A stretch of DNA of 64,000 bases from Dehalococcoidia bacterium (lineage in GTDB: Bacteria; Chloroflexota; Dehalococcoidia; UBA2979), in assembly GCA_965262725.1 (NCBI GenBank), contig OZ253555.1, forward strand, positions 3,360,001-3,424,000, in the 5' to 3' direction. Both the position numbers and the translations under genes were made by a program. The number at the start of each line of letters is the position of its first letter. Position 1 is the first letter of the stretch. The notes below the pieces were generated by a model that ran no database searches, had not been told where the DNA came from, and worked only from the letters and a program-made list of their open reading frames with translations. Of this stretch, positions 51,580 to 61,728 are shown piece by piece.

Positions 51580-52842
51580 TCATCCGCTTGCCGCCGACCC
51601 GCCCAGCAGATGAAGGATCGTGAGAGCGTAGACAGAGGTGGCGGTGACGAGATCGTCGACGCGCACGACCTCCCCGAATTCAGCATCGTAGGCGGCGTAC
51701 GCCCCGGCCTCGGTGCGGGAGATGCCGGCGGGCCCGTAGGTGATCCCCTGCGCGCCGAGATCGGCGAAGACCCAGTTGTCGCTCGACACACCGTATCGCT
51801 CAGCGTCCGGCTCGACCGGATCCGCACCGGTCACGAGCGCATGCGCAGCGCGGACCTTGCGCGGCAACTCCGCAGCGTGCCCCAGCTCGTAGCCGCGCCC
51901 AACCATGTAGACCGATGCCTCCAGCCGAAGCGAAGGATCGGCCGCGTTCAGCCCGGCGATCAGCTGGTCAAGTTCGCGGCGGACGGTGCGCACGTCGGCG
52001 CCAGGCAGCAGCATGACGTTCACGTAGGCGTCGCAGCGGTTCGCGACGAGGCTCGGCGTGGGCGGCGATCCCGCCTCGATCGCGCCGACATTCACGGTCG
52101 GCCGGATCCTCGGATGCGGGAACCGCCGCTGGTACTCGCTCTCCCACGCGCGGATGCGCGGGAGCACGCGCTCCATCGACGCGATCGCGTCGACGCCGTG
52201 GCGGCGGTAGGCGCTGTGCTGCGTCACGCCGCGGGTCGTCAGCCGCACGAACATGTAGCCGCAATTCGCGGTCTGCACGCGGAGCCCGGTCGGTTCGCCG
52301 TTGATGACGAAGTCCGGCATCAGGCCGTGGCTGGCGAGGTAGCGCGCGCCGTGGCCCGAGCCGCGCACGCTCGCGCCCTGGTACGTGCCGATCGGAGCGC
52401 GCTCGATCTCGCCGACGACGCCCGCCACCAGCAGCTCGCCGCTCAAGCGGACGTCTGCCGCGGCGAGCATGTGTGCAGCCATCCAGTAGCAGGGGAATGC
52501 CGACTTCATGTTCGACGCGCCGAGGCCGGCTATCCATCCGCCGCCGAGCATCTGCGCGGTTGGACGTCCGATGCCGGGAGCGGAGTCCATGTGGCCAAGC
52601 AGGAGGACGGAGGGACCGGGCTCCGCCACCGGCCGGCGCGCGACGACGTTCCGCCGGCCCGCTTCGACCTCCTGCAGCTCGACTGCGAGGCCGAGCTCGG
52701 CGAACCGCGCGGCGAGGTAGTCGCCCACGGGGCCCTCGGAACCGGTGGGGCTGGGAAGCTCGATGAGCGCGCGCGTCATGTCGACGAGCACGTCGCGATC
52801 GAGCCCGGCAAGAACGCGGCGCTCGAGGTCGTCCATCGACAC
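51580..52842 (-). CDS. M20 family (ArgE/DapE-like) metallohydrolase
   Basis: LIELPSPTGSE, GHMD, GLGASNMK, VVGEIE and GEPT motifs. Confidence 0.85.
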   Translation of the reverse strand: MSMDDLERRVLAGLDRDVLVDMTRALIELPSPTGSEGPVGDYLAARFAELGLAVELQEVEAGRRNVVARRPVAEPGPSVLLLGHMDSAPGIGRPTAQMLGGGWIAGLGASNMKSAFPCYWMAAHMLAAADVRLSGELLVAGVVGEIERAPIGTYQGASVRGSGHGARYLASHGLMPDFVINGEPTGLRVQTANCGYMFVRLTTRGVTQHSAYRRHGVDAIASMERVLPRIRAWESEYQRRFPHPRIRPTVNVGAIEAGSPPTPSLVANRCDAYVNVMLLPGADVRTVRRELDQLIAGLNAADPSLRLEASVYMVGRGYELGHAAELPRKVRAAHALVTGADPVEPDAERYGVSSDNWVFADLGAQGITYGPAGISRTEAGAYAAYDAEFGEVVRVDDLVTATSVYALTILHLLGGSAASG

Positions 52843-52942
52843 CCCTGACCTCCGGACCGAGACGGCCCGGACTGTACTATCGACCGACCAAGAACGTCAG
52901 CCCGGTGCGCAGGCCGCGCCACCTTCGTGGGAGACCCGCCTC

Positions 52943-54160
52943 GTGAGCAATCGGATCAGCCGCCGCCGCGACAGCCAGCAGTGGATCCTCGACTGGCTGA
53001 CGAAGCGCAGCGGCCGTGTGCAGAACTTCGCCTACGACGAGCGAGTCGTGCCACCCGAGGTGAAGTCCTACGCGATGATCCCGCGCGTAGTCGAGCGCGC
53101 CGCCCGACACGTGGAGCAGGTCGCGCGGGGCGCCGAGGCTGCCGGACACCGCCGAAGCGCCCACGCGCACTACTGGCGCGCTGCGAGCCTCTACCGAGAG
53201 GCCCAGCACGCGATCTTCGCCGACGACGATCCCGAGAAGATCTACCTGCACGGCAAGCTGCTCGCCTGCTACGACCGCGTGATCGCGCTCTCGCCCTATC
53301 CCATCAAGCGCGTCGAGATCCCGTGGGACGGCGTCGAGCTGCAGGCCGTCTTCCACATGACCGGCGAGCGCGGGGCTCCGACGGTGCTCGAGGTCGGCGG
53401 GATGGACCACACCAAGGAGACGTTTCCCGACCCGACCGACAACGCCTTCCTCAGCCGCGGCCTGAACGTCCTCAGCTTCGACGGCCCGGGACAGGGTACG
53501 AGCAACATCCGCAAGATCCGCGTCACCGACGACAACTTCGAGAGGGCTGGGAGCGCGGCCATTGACTGGCTGATCGAGCAGCCCGAGGTCGATCCGGAGC
53601 GCATCGCGGTAAACGGGATCTCGATGGGGTCGCTCTGGGCGATGCGGATAGCGGCGGGCGACCGCCGCGTGGCGGCGCTCGCCACCGCGCTCGCCTGCTT
53701 CACGGCGAAGCGCGCGATCTTCGAGGAGGCGTCACCGCGCTTCAAGCAGGTCTTCATGTACATGTCCGGGATCGAGGACGAGGACGAGTTCGATCGGATG
53801 GCCGCTCGGATGACGATGGACGGACACGCCGGGAGTATCCGGTGCCCCTCCCTCACTGCCTTCGGGGAATACGATCCGCTCGCCCCGCTGGAGGAGGCGC
53901 TGCCAATCTGGGAGCAGCTACCGCGACCCCGTGAACTCTGGCTGTGGGAGGACGACTTCCACTCCTCCACGCGCGTCCACGGGCTCGGCGGCGAAGACGT
54001 GTATCACTACACGGCGGACTGGCTGCGCGACGCGCTTGACGGTCGCGTCGAGCCGGATCGCGACGTGATACGGGTCATCCCGCGCGCCAACGGTGCCGGG
54101 CCGTACGAACCGGCGGTGCGGGGCGTCTATCTCCCGGAGCGGCTCTCGACGGGAAGCTAG
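52943..54160 (+). CDS. FrsA-like alpha/beta hydrolase
   Basis: VEIPW, GGMDHTKE, DGPGQG, GISMGS and GEYDPL motifs. Confidence 0.85.
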   Translation: MSNRISRRRDSQQWILDWLTKRSGRVQNFAYDERVVPPEVKSYAMIPRVVERAARHVEQVARGAEAAGHRRSAHAHYWRAASLYREAQHAIFADDDPEKIYLHGKLLACYDRVIALSPYPIKRVEIPWDGVELQAVFHMTGERGAPTVLEVGGMDHTKETFPDPTDNAFLSRGLNVLSFDGPGQGTSNIRKIRVTDDNFERAGSAAIDWLIEQPEVDPERIAVNGISMGSLWAMRIAAGDRRVAALATALACFTAKRAIFEEASPRFKQVFMYMSGIEDEDEFDRMAARMTMDGHAGSIRCPSLTAFGEYDPLAPLEEALPIWEQLPRPRELWLWEDDFHSSTRVHGLGGEDVYHYTADWLRDALDGRVEPDRDVIRVIPRANGAGPYEPAVRGVYLPERLSTGS

Positions 54161-54249
54161 CAGCGCCGGGAGACAAGCAGGGGCCCACGGGAATCTGCTG
54201 CCGGTTGAACGCGGGCGCGTCGCGGCCTGTCGACAAAGGCGCCTCACGA

Positions 54250-54670
54250 CGGCATCGCCGACGACGGCCGAGCCCGGATGTTCCGGCGTCGAGTTGAAGT
54301 TCCGCGGTCCGCAGCCTGGCTATCTCGCTGATGCGCAGACCGGCGTCGAGCATGAGCGTGAGGATCGCGTAGGCGCGCGCTCCTCAGCCCGACTTGATGT
54401 CGCAGGCGGCGAGCAGGGAGCAGCACACTGGACGGAATGGCTGGGCGGTTCTCTCCGAGTGCACCCTGCCACCCTAGGGCGTGGTACGCGTGCGCACGCC
54501 GCTCATGTATCCCGACGGTGACATCATCGACGTGTTCGTGCAGGCGAGGAGCGGGTGCTGCTCCCGGGCGTGCCGTGTCGTGTTCGGGGACTCTCCCTCG
54601 GTGCGGTTGTGAGAGTCCCAGTAGCCGATGAGATCCCGCAGCGACAGCTGCTCCAGCGGCGAAATGGGAG
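54250..54670 (-). pseudogene. Degraded tyrosine integrase
   Basis: RAYAILTLMLDAGLRISEIARL (box I) and N-terminal LRDLIGYWDSHNRTEGESPNT; broken frames; directly downstream of the tRNA-Gly fragment. Confidence 0.75.
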
Positions 54671-54690
54671 GTCTCGAACCTAGAACCAGG

Positions 54691-54715
54691 CTCTCACGCC
54701 GCAATGGCGTGAGAT
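54691..54715 (-). terminator. Hairpin directly after the tRNA-Gly 3' end
   Basis: TCTCACGCC-ATTGC-GGCGTGAGA perfect 9-bp stem. Confidence 0.6.
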
Positions 54716-54716
54716 G

Positions 54717-54763
54717 TGGAGCGGGAGACGGGATTCGAACCCGCGACCCTCTGCTTGGGAAGC
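54717..54763 (-). tRNA. 3' fragment of tRNA-Gly(CCC), probable att site
   Basis: GCTTCCCAAGCAGAGGGTCGCGGGTTCGAATCCCGTCTCCCGCTCCA; the 5' half is missing. Confidence 0.88.
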
Positions 54764-54962
54764 GGGCTCTTCTTCGTGCCCCCGAAAACGCTCCGTTTAG
54801 GTTCAAAATCGCCCGATTCGGCTCCCTCTGCACGGTCGAGGCAGTGGGTCGGCTCAGGCACGTCCTTCCAGTTTGGACGCAGGTTATCTGGTTTGGCTTC
54901 CGGTGCCAACGTGGTCCGGCACGAGCCGTAACCCGTGGTGTGCAGCAGTGCTTCCCACGTGC

Positions 54963-56105
54963 TCAGAACGAGGCCCTCCTACTCCTCGACCCGGAGGCCG
55001 CCAGCCGCAAGAACTGCATCCCGGTGAGCTTCAGCGCCTGCTTGCGGTACGCCCGTGAGCACCACTCGCGGCTGACGCCCAGCTCGCCGGCGATCTCGGT
55101 TACCCGCTTCCCCTCGACGTAGCGCGTGAGGAACAAGTGCAACGGCGCCTGAAGCGGTACCTCGCGGGCATGGTCGGCAGCGCGCTGCGCCGCATCCACG
55201 AGCAGCCCGCGCAGAGCCTGGGCCTCCGGCATCGGCGCCAGCGGGTTTGTCCGTTCTCGAACGGCCTCGAGCCCGGTAAGCCGTGAGTCCTGCAGCCAAT
55301 CGAGATCGTGGAGATGCCCGTAGGCCTCCAGCACGTGCTGCAGGAGAGCAGCATCGGGCCGAGAGCGTCGGGACATGACTCGAATCGCCCTGGCCGTGCT
55401 CGTGCCGATCGTCTGCACGCCAGACTCGGCTGGAGCCGAGAGAAAGGAGCTGACGGAAGTGAAGGTGACTCGGTCAATGAACTCCGACGACACGAGGTGC
55501 TGTGTCGCCTTCTTCAGGTCGGCGGCGGCTCTCGCCGTGTCCGCGCAGAGGAACACCTCGTCGAAGGCATCAATGTCCTGCAGATGCGAGTGCAGCCCGC
55601 CAGCGTCGCCGGTCACGATGACCTCGAAGGCGACGGACCGGGCTCCCTTCGGGTCTCCGCCGCCGGGGACCAGGACCGAGACATCCGGTGAATGGTCGGG
55701 CGAGTCGAGCCCTGGGCCGATCTCGACCGCCGCCTCAGGCCACGTGCGACGCGCGTACTCGGCGAGTCTGGTCGCGTAGTAGCGTCGTCGATAGGCACAA
55801 GGGCCTTGAGGCTGGTCTATGCGGACGTCAGCTGCCTCCAAGTGCTCTCGGCCGACGGGCGTGAGTTCGAGCAGCACAGCCTGCCCAGATCGATGGCCCG
55901 TCGAGACGCGATGCGGACGCACGCAGCCCAGTTCAATGAGACGTCGCCGGACCTGGACCCCGTTGTACCGGCTCAGGCCGAGGCGCTGATCGCGCTCCAG
56001 TGCCAGCGAGAAGGGACGACCGGCGACATCCTGGAGGTACGCGAACAATCGCTCGTCTCTCAGAGCCTCGACCGGCGGGTCCGGAATGGACAGTCTACCG
56101 CTCAT
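54963..56105 (-). CDS. Mobile-element protein with wHTH/nuclease-like region and C-terminal HTH
   Basis: LLELTPVGREHL, PDVSV..VAFEV (PD-(D/E)XK-like), YVEGKRVTEIAGELGVSREW (HTH). Confidence 0.6.
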   Translation of the reverse strand: MSGRLSIPDPPVEALRDERLFAYLQDVAGRPFSLALERDQRLGLSRYNGVQVRRRLIELGCVRPHRVSTGHRSGQAVLLELTPVGREHLEAADVRIDQPQGPCAYRRRYYATRLAEYARRTWPEAAVEIGPGLDSPDHSPDVSVLVPGGGDPKGARSVAFEVIVTGDAGGLHSHLQDIDAFDEVFLCADTARAAADLKKATQHLVSSEFIDRVTFTSVSSFLSAPAESGVQTIGTSTARAIRVMSRRSRPDAALLQHVLEAYGHLHDLDWLQDSRLTGLEAVRERTNPLAPMPEAQALRGLLVDAAQRAADHAREVPLQAPLHLFLTRYVEGKRVTEIAGELGVSREWCSRAYRKQALKLTGMQFLRLAASGSRSRRASF

Positions 56106-57943
56106 CGGTTGCCCGCCGCGGCGACTTCGCCCGATGGCGGGAGCGCGTGGCGACGCCGGTCTTCGTGCTGGTTCCGCCAGATCGGCCCCGCCAACCCTGC
56201 AGGATCCCGCTCGCCGCGCCACTCACATGTCATCACCAGCGCCAGGTCCGGCGAGACCGACCTCGCCAGGCGTGCCACGCGGGCCTCGGCGCGGCGGTCG
56301 ACGCAGACGAACACCAGCCCGGGCTTCTCAGGAAACGCCCCTCGCCACTCCCGGGCGGCGTAGTAGCGCCGGTACCCCTCGAACTTCGCGCGGTAGTCGC
56401 CGGAATCGAGCGTTCCGCGGTCGTACTCAAGGAGGAATGGTTGCGCCTCCACGCCGCGCACGAGCACACCCGAGGCGTCTGGACGGATCCACGCGATCCG
56501 CCCGTCCTCCGCCACGAAGCGGTGCGTCGACTCCGCTTCGTTTCGCCACTCCGCGAGGCGCCAGCCCGCGGCCCGGGCATCGACGGCCAGACGAGCGGCG
56601 AAGCGGTTCACGCCGAGCGTGTGCTCGCGGTGCCGGACCACTCGCCGGCGGGATGGCTGCTTCGCGGAGACAAAGGTCACTCCCCCGTGCCGCGCGAAGA
56701 TCGCCGGAGGGACGCCAGCCCGAACGGCGATCGACCGCATCCCCAGTTCCGTCAGCAGGTAGCGGGGCTCGTCGACATCGTTCATCCGGCGGGTTCCGGC
56801 TCTCTCCGGCGGTTCAGCGTCGGCACCGATCGCGCCGCACCGAGTGAGTCGCTCCAGGCGGCGCGTGATCAGTCCCCCGGTTCGCTCCTGAGCGCCGCGA
56901 GGTCGGCGATGCTCAGGAGCGGGTGCCGCGCCACCCATTCGATGAGGGTCTTCTCGGACGCGCTTGTCGCGAGCACGAGACCGGCAAGACGTTGCCGGTC
57001 CGGCCCCACCCTCCCGCTCGTCGCCTGATCGAACGCGCGCCTGCTCGGCGATGCGCCGCTGCGGCGGGGCGGCGGCGTGCAGTCGTCGAGCGCCCGCGCG
57101 ATCCGGACCGCGTCCAGAGCCGGTGCCTTCCCCCACCCGAGCTGCTCGACGAGCGGCGCCAGCGCGCGGCCCGGTCGCCACCACCGCGCATCGTCCGCGC
57201 CGGCTGCGTGCAGCTCCTCGCGGGTCGTGAACAACAGGTCGAGACACCCGGGGCCTGCCCCGTCCCGCTTCGCGAGTGCGTCCTCCCACACGCGCCACTC
57301 CCGGGCGGAGGGGCAGATCACGAGCACGGGCGGGAGTCCTTCACGGCCCCACCGCCGGTCGACACGGGCGCTCGCCGCGATCCACCCGGCCAGCCTCCTG
57401 CGGCGATGCACGTCCGGCGCCGACGCGCGGTCCCAGGCCACGAGGAACGGCGCGTGGAGCGGACCCGAGCGGAGGCAGCCGTAGCCCTCGGTGCCTGGGA
57501 GCCACCAGCGCTCGGCCGGAGGCACGGCAAGCGGGAGCGATCGCGCGTCGGCGAGTTGAGCGATACCCGGAGCTCTCAAGGTCGTCGGCGAGGTCGGCGG
57601 CGAAGCGATTCACGCAGGCGGTGATCTCAAGGCGGACCACCCGCCTCAAGAGATCGCGCGGGCGGACCGGGACGGCGTCCGCGAGCGAGGCGAGATCCCG
57701 TCCGCACGCGGCCGCCAGGGCCGGCACCGCCTCGTCCCGCAGGACGGCGAGTCGCCGCGGTTCCAGCTCCGGCGAGGCTGCCGCGACGGTCTCGACCCAC
57801 CCCTGTGCGGAGAGCAGGTGGATGAGCCGGCGGGAGTCGTACTCGTCCACGCCGAGCAGCCCGGCCAACTCCGGCTCGCCGCAGAGGGGGAGCCGTGCGA
57901 TCCACTCCAGAGCCCGCGCGAGACGCGCCGTCTCGTCACGCAT
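56102..57943 (-). pseudogene. Replication-relaxation (Replic_Relax) family protein, two tandem domains, two frameshifts
   Basis: C-domain: YLLTELG, HTLGVNRF, IRPDASG, FLLEYDRGT, KFEGYRRY. N-domain degenerate: ITACVNRF, LPGTEGYG, FLVAWDRAS. Frame changes near 57580 and 56875. Confidence 0.78.
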
Positions 57944-59470
57944 GGCGCCCTCGGTGATCGTGGCCGCGGTGGTCGTTGCCGCGGCGTGGTCGCCGGGGGG
58001 TCCGCGGGCTCTCGCGCTGATCCGCCGTGCTCGTCGGAGTCGTGTCGGCGTCACCCGTCCCGGCGGCACTTCCCTGCCCTGCCTCGGCCACCTCCTCCTG
58101 GGACTTCCGCTCGCGTCGATCTGACGAACGCGACGACGAGTGCTCCCAGAGCGCCTGCGTGATCTCCCGCACCACCTGCTCCCGCGGGCGGCCGACGCGT
58201 GCGGCGGAGCGCGCCGCGATCGCCCGGGCCCGGCCCGGGACGGTCGCGGGCGGCGGGTCGACCCGGAACGAGAAGGCCGGCGGGCGGGTGCGGCCGTCTC
58301 ACCAGCGCGCGTAGCAGGTGAAGTCGTCGAGCGAGACGAGGTCGGGGACCTCGATCCCGCCGCCGAGCTCCGGGGTGAGCCGGCGGGCGTCCTCGGCGCT
58401 GACCCCGAACACGGTGAGGCCGTCGGAGTTGGCGAAGATCGTCGGTGCGAGGTTGCGGTCGATGGCGTCGAGCTTCGCGAGCGACTGCGTCACCAGCACG
58501 AAGCTCGCGCCGTACTTGCCGAGCTCGGAGAGCATGCGCGTGTAGTCGACGGCGCCGAGCGTGCTCGACTCGTCGATGAGCCCGATCACCTTCCGCCGGC
58601 GCTCGGGCGGCAGCGCGACCTGCTCCTCGATCAGGAGGCCGAGCAGGTTAAGCAGCGTCGCCCCGACAAGCGAGGCGGCGCCCTCGCCGAGCGCGCCGAC
58701 GGCGGTGTTGACGACGAGCACGCCGCCGTCGCGCACGATCGCGCGCGGATCGAAGGTGGAGCGCGCCTGCCCGAAGACCAGGCGCGAGGCCTCGGTGACC
58801 GTGAAGCGGCCGATCTTCGAGGTGACGGGGTTCGCGGTCTGCTGCTGCAGCACGCGCCCCGCGCGGTCGTAGTTGTCGCGCCACCAGGCGCGCAGCGCCG
58901 GGTCCGGCACCTGATCGAGCACGCGCTCGCGCAGCTCCCGGTCGGTGAGGAGTGGCGCCACATCGAGCAGCGTGAACTGCGCCTCCCTCTCATACCCCCG
59001 GTTCGCGTCGAGCAGCGCGAGCAGCGAGGCCCGCAGCGCGCCCTCCATGCGCGGGCCCCAGTTGGCCGGCCAGAGGCGGTTCATCATCGTGACGATGTGC
59101 TCGGTCGTGCGGTCGCGGTCCGGGAAGAGCGAGACGTCGAGCAGGTTGAGGCCGACCGGCCGCTCCAGGTTCGCGAAGTCGAGGTAGGTCGTGCGGTCCG
59201 CCAGTTCCGACGGCACGGCGTCCAGCACCGCCTCGGCGAGGTCCTGGTGCGGGTCGACCACCACCAGCGCCGTCTCATCCGAGCCCCCGTCGATCCCCTC
59301 CATCACGCGGGCCGCGAGGTGCCTGAGCAGCGTCGACTTGCCGCGCCGCGTCTTCGCGACGATGAGCTGGTTGCGGTGCAGAAGCGGCGCGGGCAGGTGG
59401 ACGGGAGCGCCGCTTCCGTCCGCATCGGCGGCGCCGACGCGCGCGCCGCGCGCCGCGTGACCGGGCGCCG
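57936..59470 (-). pseudogene. VirD4/TraD/HerA-like coupling ATPase, N-truncated, with an internal TGA at 58299-58301
   Basis: AKTRRGKST, VVDPHQD, LIDES, KYGASFVLVTQ; the frame continues after the stop (RPPAFSFRVDPPP). Confidence 0.8.
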
Positions 59471-59477
59471 GCGGAAG

Positions 59478-59666
59478 CCGCAGCTCAAGCGGCGCACGCT
59501 CACCAACCTCTACAACGCCCGCCCGGCGTGGCTCGCCCACCTCCACCGCGACCTCGACGCCGCCGTGTTCGCCGCCTACGGATGGCCGGAGGCGGGGGAG
59601 CTGGACGCGCTGGGGGACGAGGATCTGCTGGGGCGGCTGCTGGCGTTGAACCTGGAGCGCGCGTGA
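59478..59666 (+). pseudogene. C-terminal fragment of an MmeI-like type IIL restriction-modification enzyme
   Basis: LKRRTLTNLYNARPAWLAHLHRDLDAAVFAAYGWP..LLGRLLALNLERA*. Confidence 0.85.
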
Positions 59667-59861
59667 CCGTGGCCGTCATCGACGCGGTCTGCGGCCGTAC
59701 GCGGTGCGGGTGACCCATCCCGCGAGAGAGACTGCGCTCCGCTCTATGTTCGAGTCGCGTTCTGAGGTAGACCGGCCTGCGAGATGCTGCCAACGTGTGT
59801 GTAGGGACTGGGCGACTCACCGGGTGCCTCCGGCCCGGACTCTGCCAGCGTTTGGAGCTTG

Positions 59862-60581
59862 ATGCCCAACCGAATGCGCAGCCGAGTTCTGTTCCTCGAC
59901 GACTCCGGGAAGCCCGGAGCTCGTGACGCCACGAAGGCCGTTGTCATCGGCGGCTTCTCCATCCCATCAGAGAACGTCCCCACCCTGAGCCGCAGAATCG
60001 CGGGCGCGAAGTCGCGCTTCTATCCGAACCGTGGGGATCCCGCCAACTGGGAAGTGAAGGCCAGGCGGACGCTCGTACCGAACGAGTGGAAGCGCTCAAA
60101 GAACCGTCAGTTCCTCGCCGAGGCCATGCGCATTCTGGGCGACCTCGACTGCACCGTATACACGGTCAGCATCGACAAGCGCCGGCTCATGCACCCGATG
60201 GAGCTCCGCACGACCGTGCCGCTGCAGATCCAGGGGCTTGTGGAGCACTTCTCGGTGGAGTGCACGACGCGGCACGAGACGGGTCTCATTGTGTCGGACT
60301 GGTCGAACCACGACCTCGATGCCCATGCGGGCCAGAGCGTGGGGAGCTTCGTGATCTCGCGCCACCTGCCGCTCCACCCCACCGTCTACTACGCAAACTC
60401 GCTGAACTCTCATCCGATCCAGGTAGCGGACCTCATAGCGGCTGTCCGACGCCGAGCGATCGAAGGCGATGCGAATCTCCAGCCACTCGACGATCAGCTC
60501 GCGGCCATCACCGGTCCGCACCGCATCGCGGCTACCACCCACACCGGTCGACCGTACACCAACAGAATCGTTCTAATCTGA
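59862..60581 (+). CDS. DUF3800 domain protein
   Basis: N-terminal FLDDSG, VVIGG, EVK, central IVSD, C-terminal IQVADLIA. Confidence 0.85.
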   Translation: MPNRMRSRVLFLDDSGKPGARDATKAVVIGGFSIPSENVPTLSRRIAGAKSRFYPNRGDPANWEVKARRTLVPNEWKRSKNRQFLAEAMRILGDLDCTVYTVSIDKRRLMHPMELRTTVPLQIQGLVEHFSVECTTRHETGLIVSDWSNHDLDAHAGQSVGSFVISRHLPLHPTVYYANSLNSHPIQVADLIAAVRRRAIEGDANLQPLDDQLAAITGPHRIAATTHTGRPYTNRIVLI

Positions 60582-60586
60582 AAGAG

Positions 60587-60616
60587 TTTACAAACGCGGG
60601 TGAGAGAGCCTAATAT
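60587..60616 (+). promoter_or_regulatory. Putative sigma70 promoter for the small RNA
   Basis: TTTACA-N18-TAATAT, AT-rich in a GC-rich background. Confidence 0.6.
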
Positions 60617-60619
60617 CAG

Positions 60620-60712
60620 CAGAGCCAGCCGGTTCGGCTAGTAGGCGTAAGCCGAATGCAGCCGACATACCGTGGCAATGGGACCCCGGAACGCACGGGG
60701 TCCCTTTTCTTT
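60620..60712 (+). ncRNA. Putative DUF3800-associated structured small RNA
   Basis: Nested stems GCCA/TGGC, CGGT/ACCG and TCGGCT/AGCCGA enclose AGTA-GGC-GTAA-GCC-GAA; an intrinsic terminator follows. Confidence 0.7.
60680..60712 (+). terminator. Rho-independent terminator
   Basis: GGGACCCC-N9-GGGGTCCC followed by TTTTCTTT. Confidence 0.9.
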
Positions 60713-60974
60713 GCCCAGAAACCGCCTGGACTTGAGCTGTCTGATAGTAGTTGCCAGTTCCCGCGCGGCACCACGCTCGCTCGATCGACGCCGCCAGCCC
60801 CCGAGTTGAGGGGGTCCTCGTGAGAAAACCAACCGGTCTCAGGCGCATCCCGCTCTTCCTGCTCGTAATCGGCAGGGGTCCGCTCGCGCCGGCCGGGCGA
60901 ACGCCTGAACTCCCCGGTCAGTCGTCGACGGAGAAGATCACGAGGGACAGCAGTTCGAGTTCGGCAGACGGCTC

Positions 60975-61305
60975 CGGCACGGGGCTATCGCGCGTGACGG
61001 TGCGCCGCTACGTCGAGGCGGCGGAGGCGGCCGGCCTCACACCGGGCGGTCCCGAGCCGAGTGAGGAGCAGCTCGCCGCGCTGGCGACGTTGAGCCTCTC
61101 CGGCCCGCGGCCGGCCGAGGCGCCGAGCGAGGAGCTGCTCTCGCCCTGGGCGGAGCGGATCGAGCGCTGGCTCACGGCCGACCGCCTGCAGCTGACGCGC
61201 ATCCAGGAGCTCCTCGCCGGGCGAGGCTGCGAGGTTTCCTACACCACGCTGCGGCGCTTCATCCGGCGACGCGGCTGGCGTCACCGGCAGCCGGTGACCG
61301 TGCGC
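60975..61305 (+). pseudogene. IS21 transposase N-terminal fragment
   Basis: TGLSRVTVRRYVEAA..IQELLAGRGCEVSYTTLRRFI..TVR. Confidence 0.75.
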
Positions 61306-61728
61306 GCCCTCGCCTCCGCCGTGCAGGTGCGTGCCCGCGCCCAGCAGCAGCTGGTCTGGAATCGCACCCGCGAGAGCAACCGACTGCGCAGCGCGCTGCT
61401 GCAGTACTTCCCGGCCGCTCTTCAGGCCTTCCCCGACCTCGCGCACGCGGATGCGCTCTCGGTGCTCGCCGTCGCACCGGAGCCGCTCGCAGCGGCGAAG
61501 CTGACGCGGGCGCAGCTCCGCGCGGCGCTCAGGCGCGGGGGCCGCAAGCGCAACCTGGACACGCGGACGGAGGAGATCCACGAGAAGCTCCGCCTCCGGA
61601 CGCTCCACGTCGCGCCCGCCCTCAGTCAGGCGTTCGCCGACAGCGTGCTCGTCCAGGTCGGGCAGCTCCAGGAGATCAACCGGCAGCTCGAGGGACTGGA
61701 GTCGAAGCTGGCCGCGTCTACCGACTAA

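Noticed and set aside
51457-52848. Long plus-strand ORFs opposite recognised genes (also 8401-9840, 12891-14216, 20287-21636)
   Set aside because: GC-rich antisense frames with no recognisable motifs.
58299-58301. Selenocysteine or programmed readthrough at the in-frame TGA
   Set aside because: Not a Cys-type position, and the gene is also N-truncated; a nonsense mutation or sequencing error is simpler.
58140-59477. 508-aa plus-strand ORF as a full gene
   Set aside because: Mostly antisense to the coupling ATPase; only the last ~62 codons resemble an MmeI-like tail.
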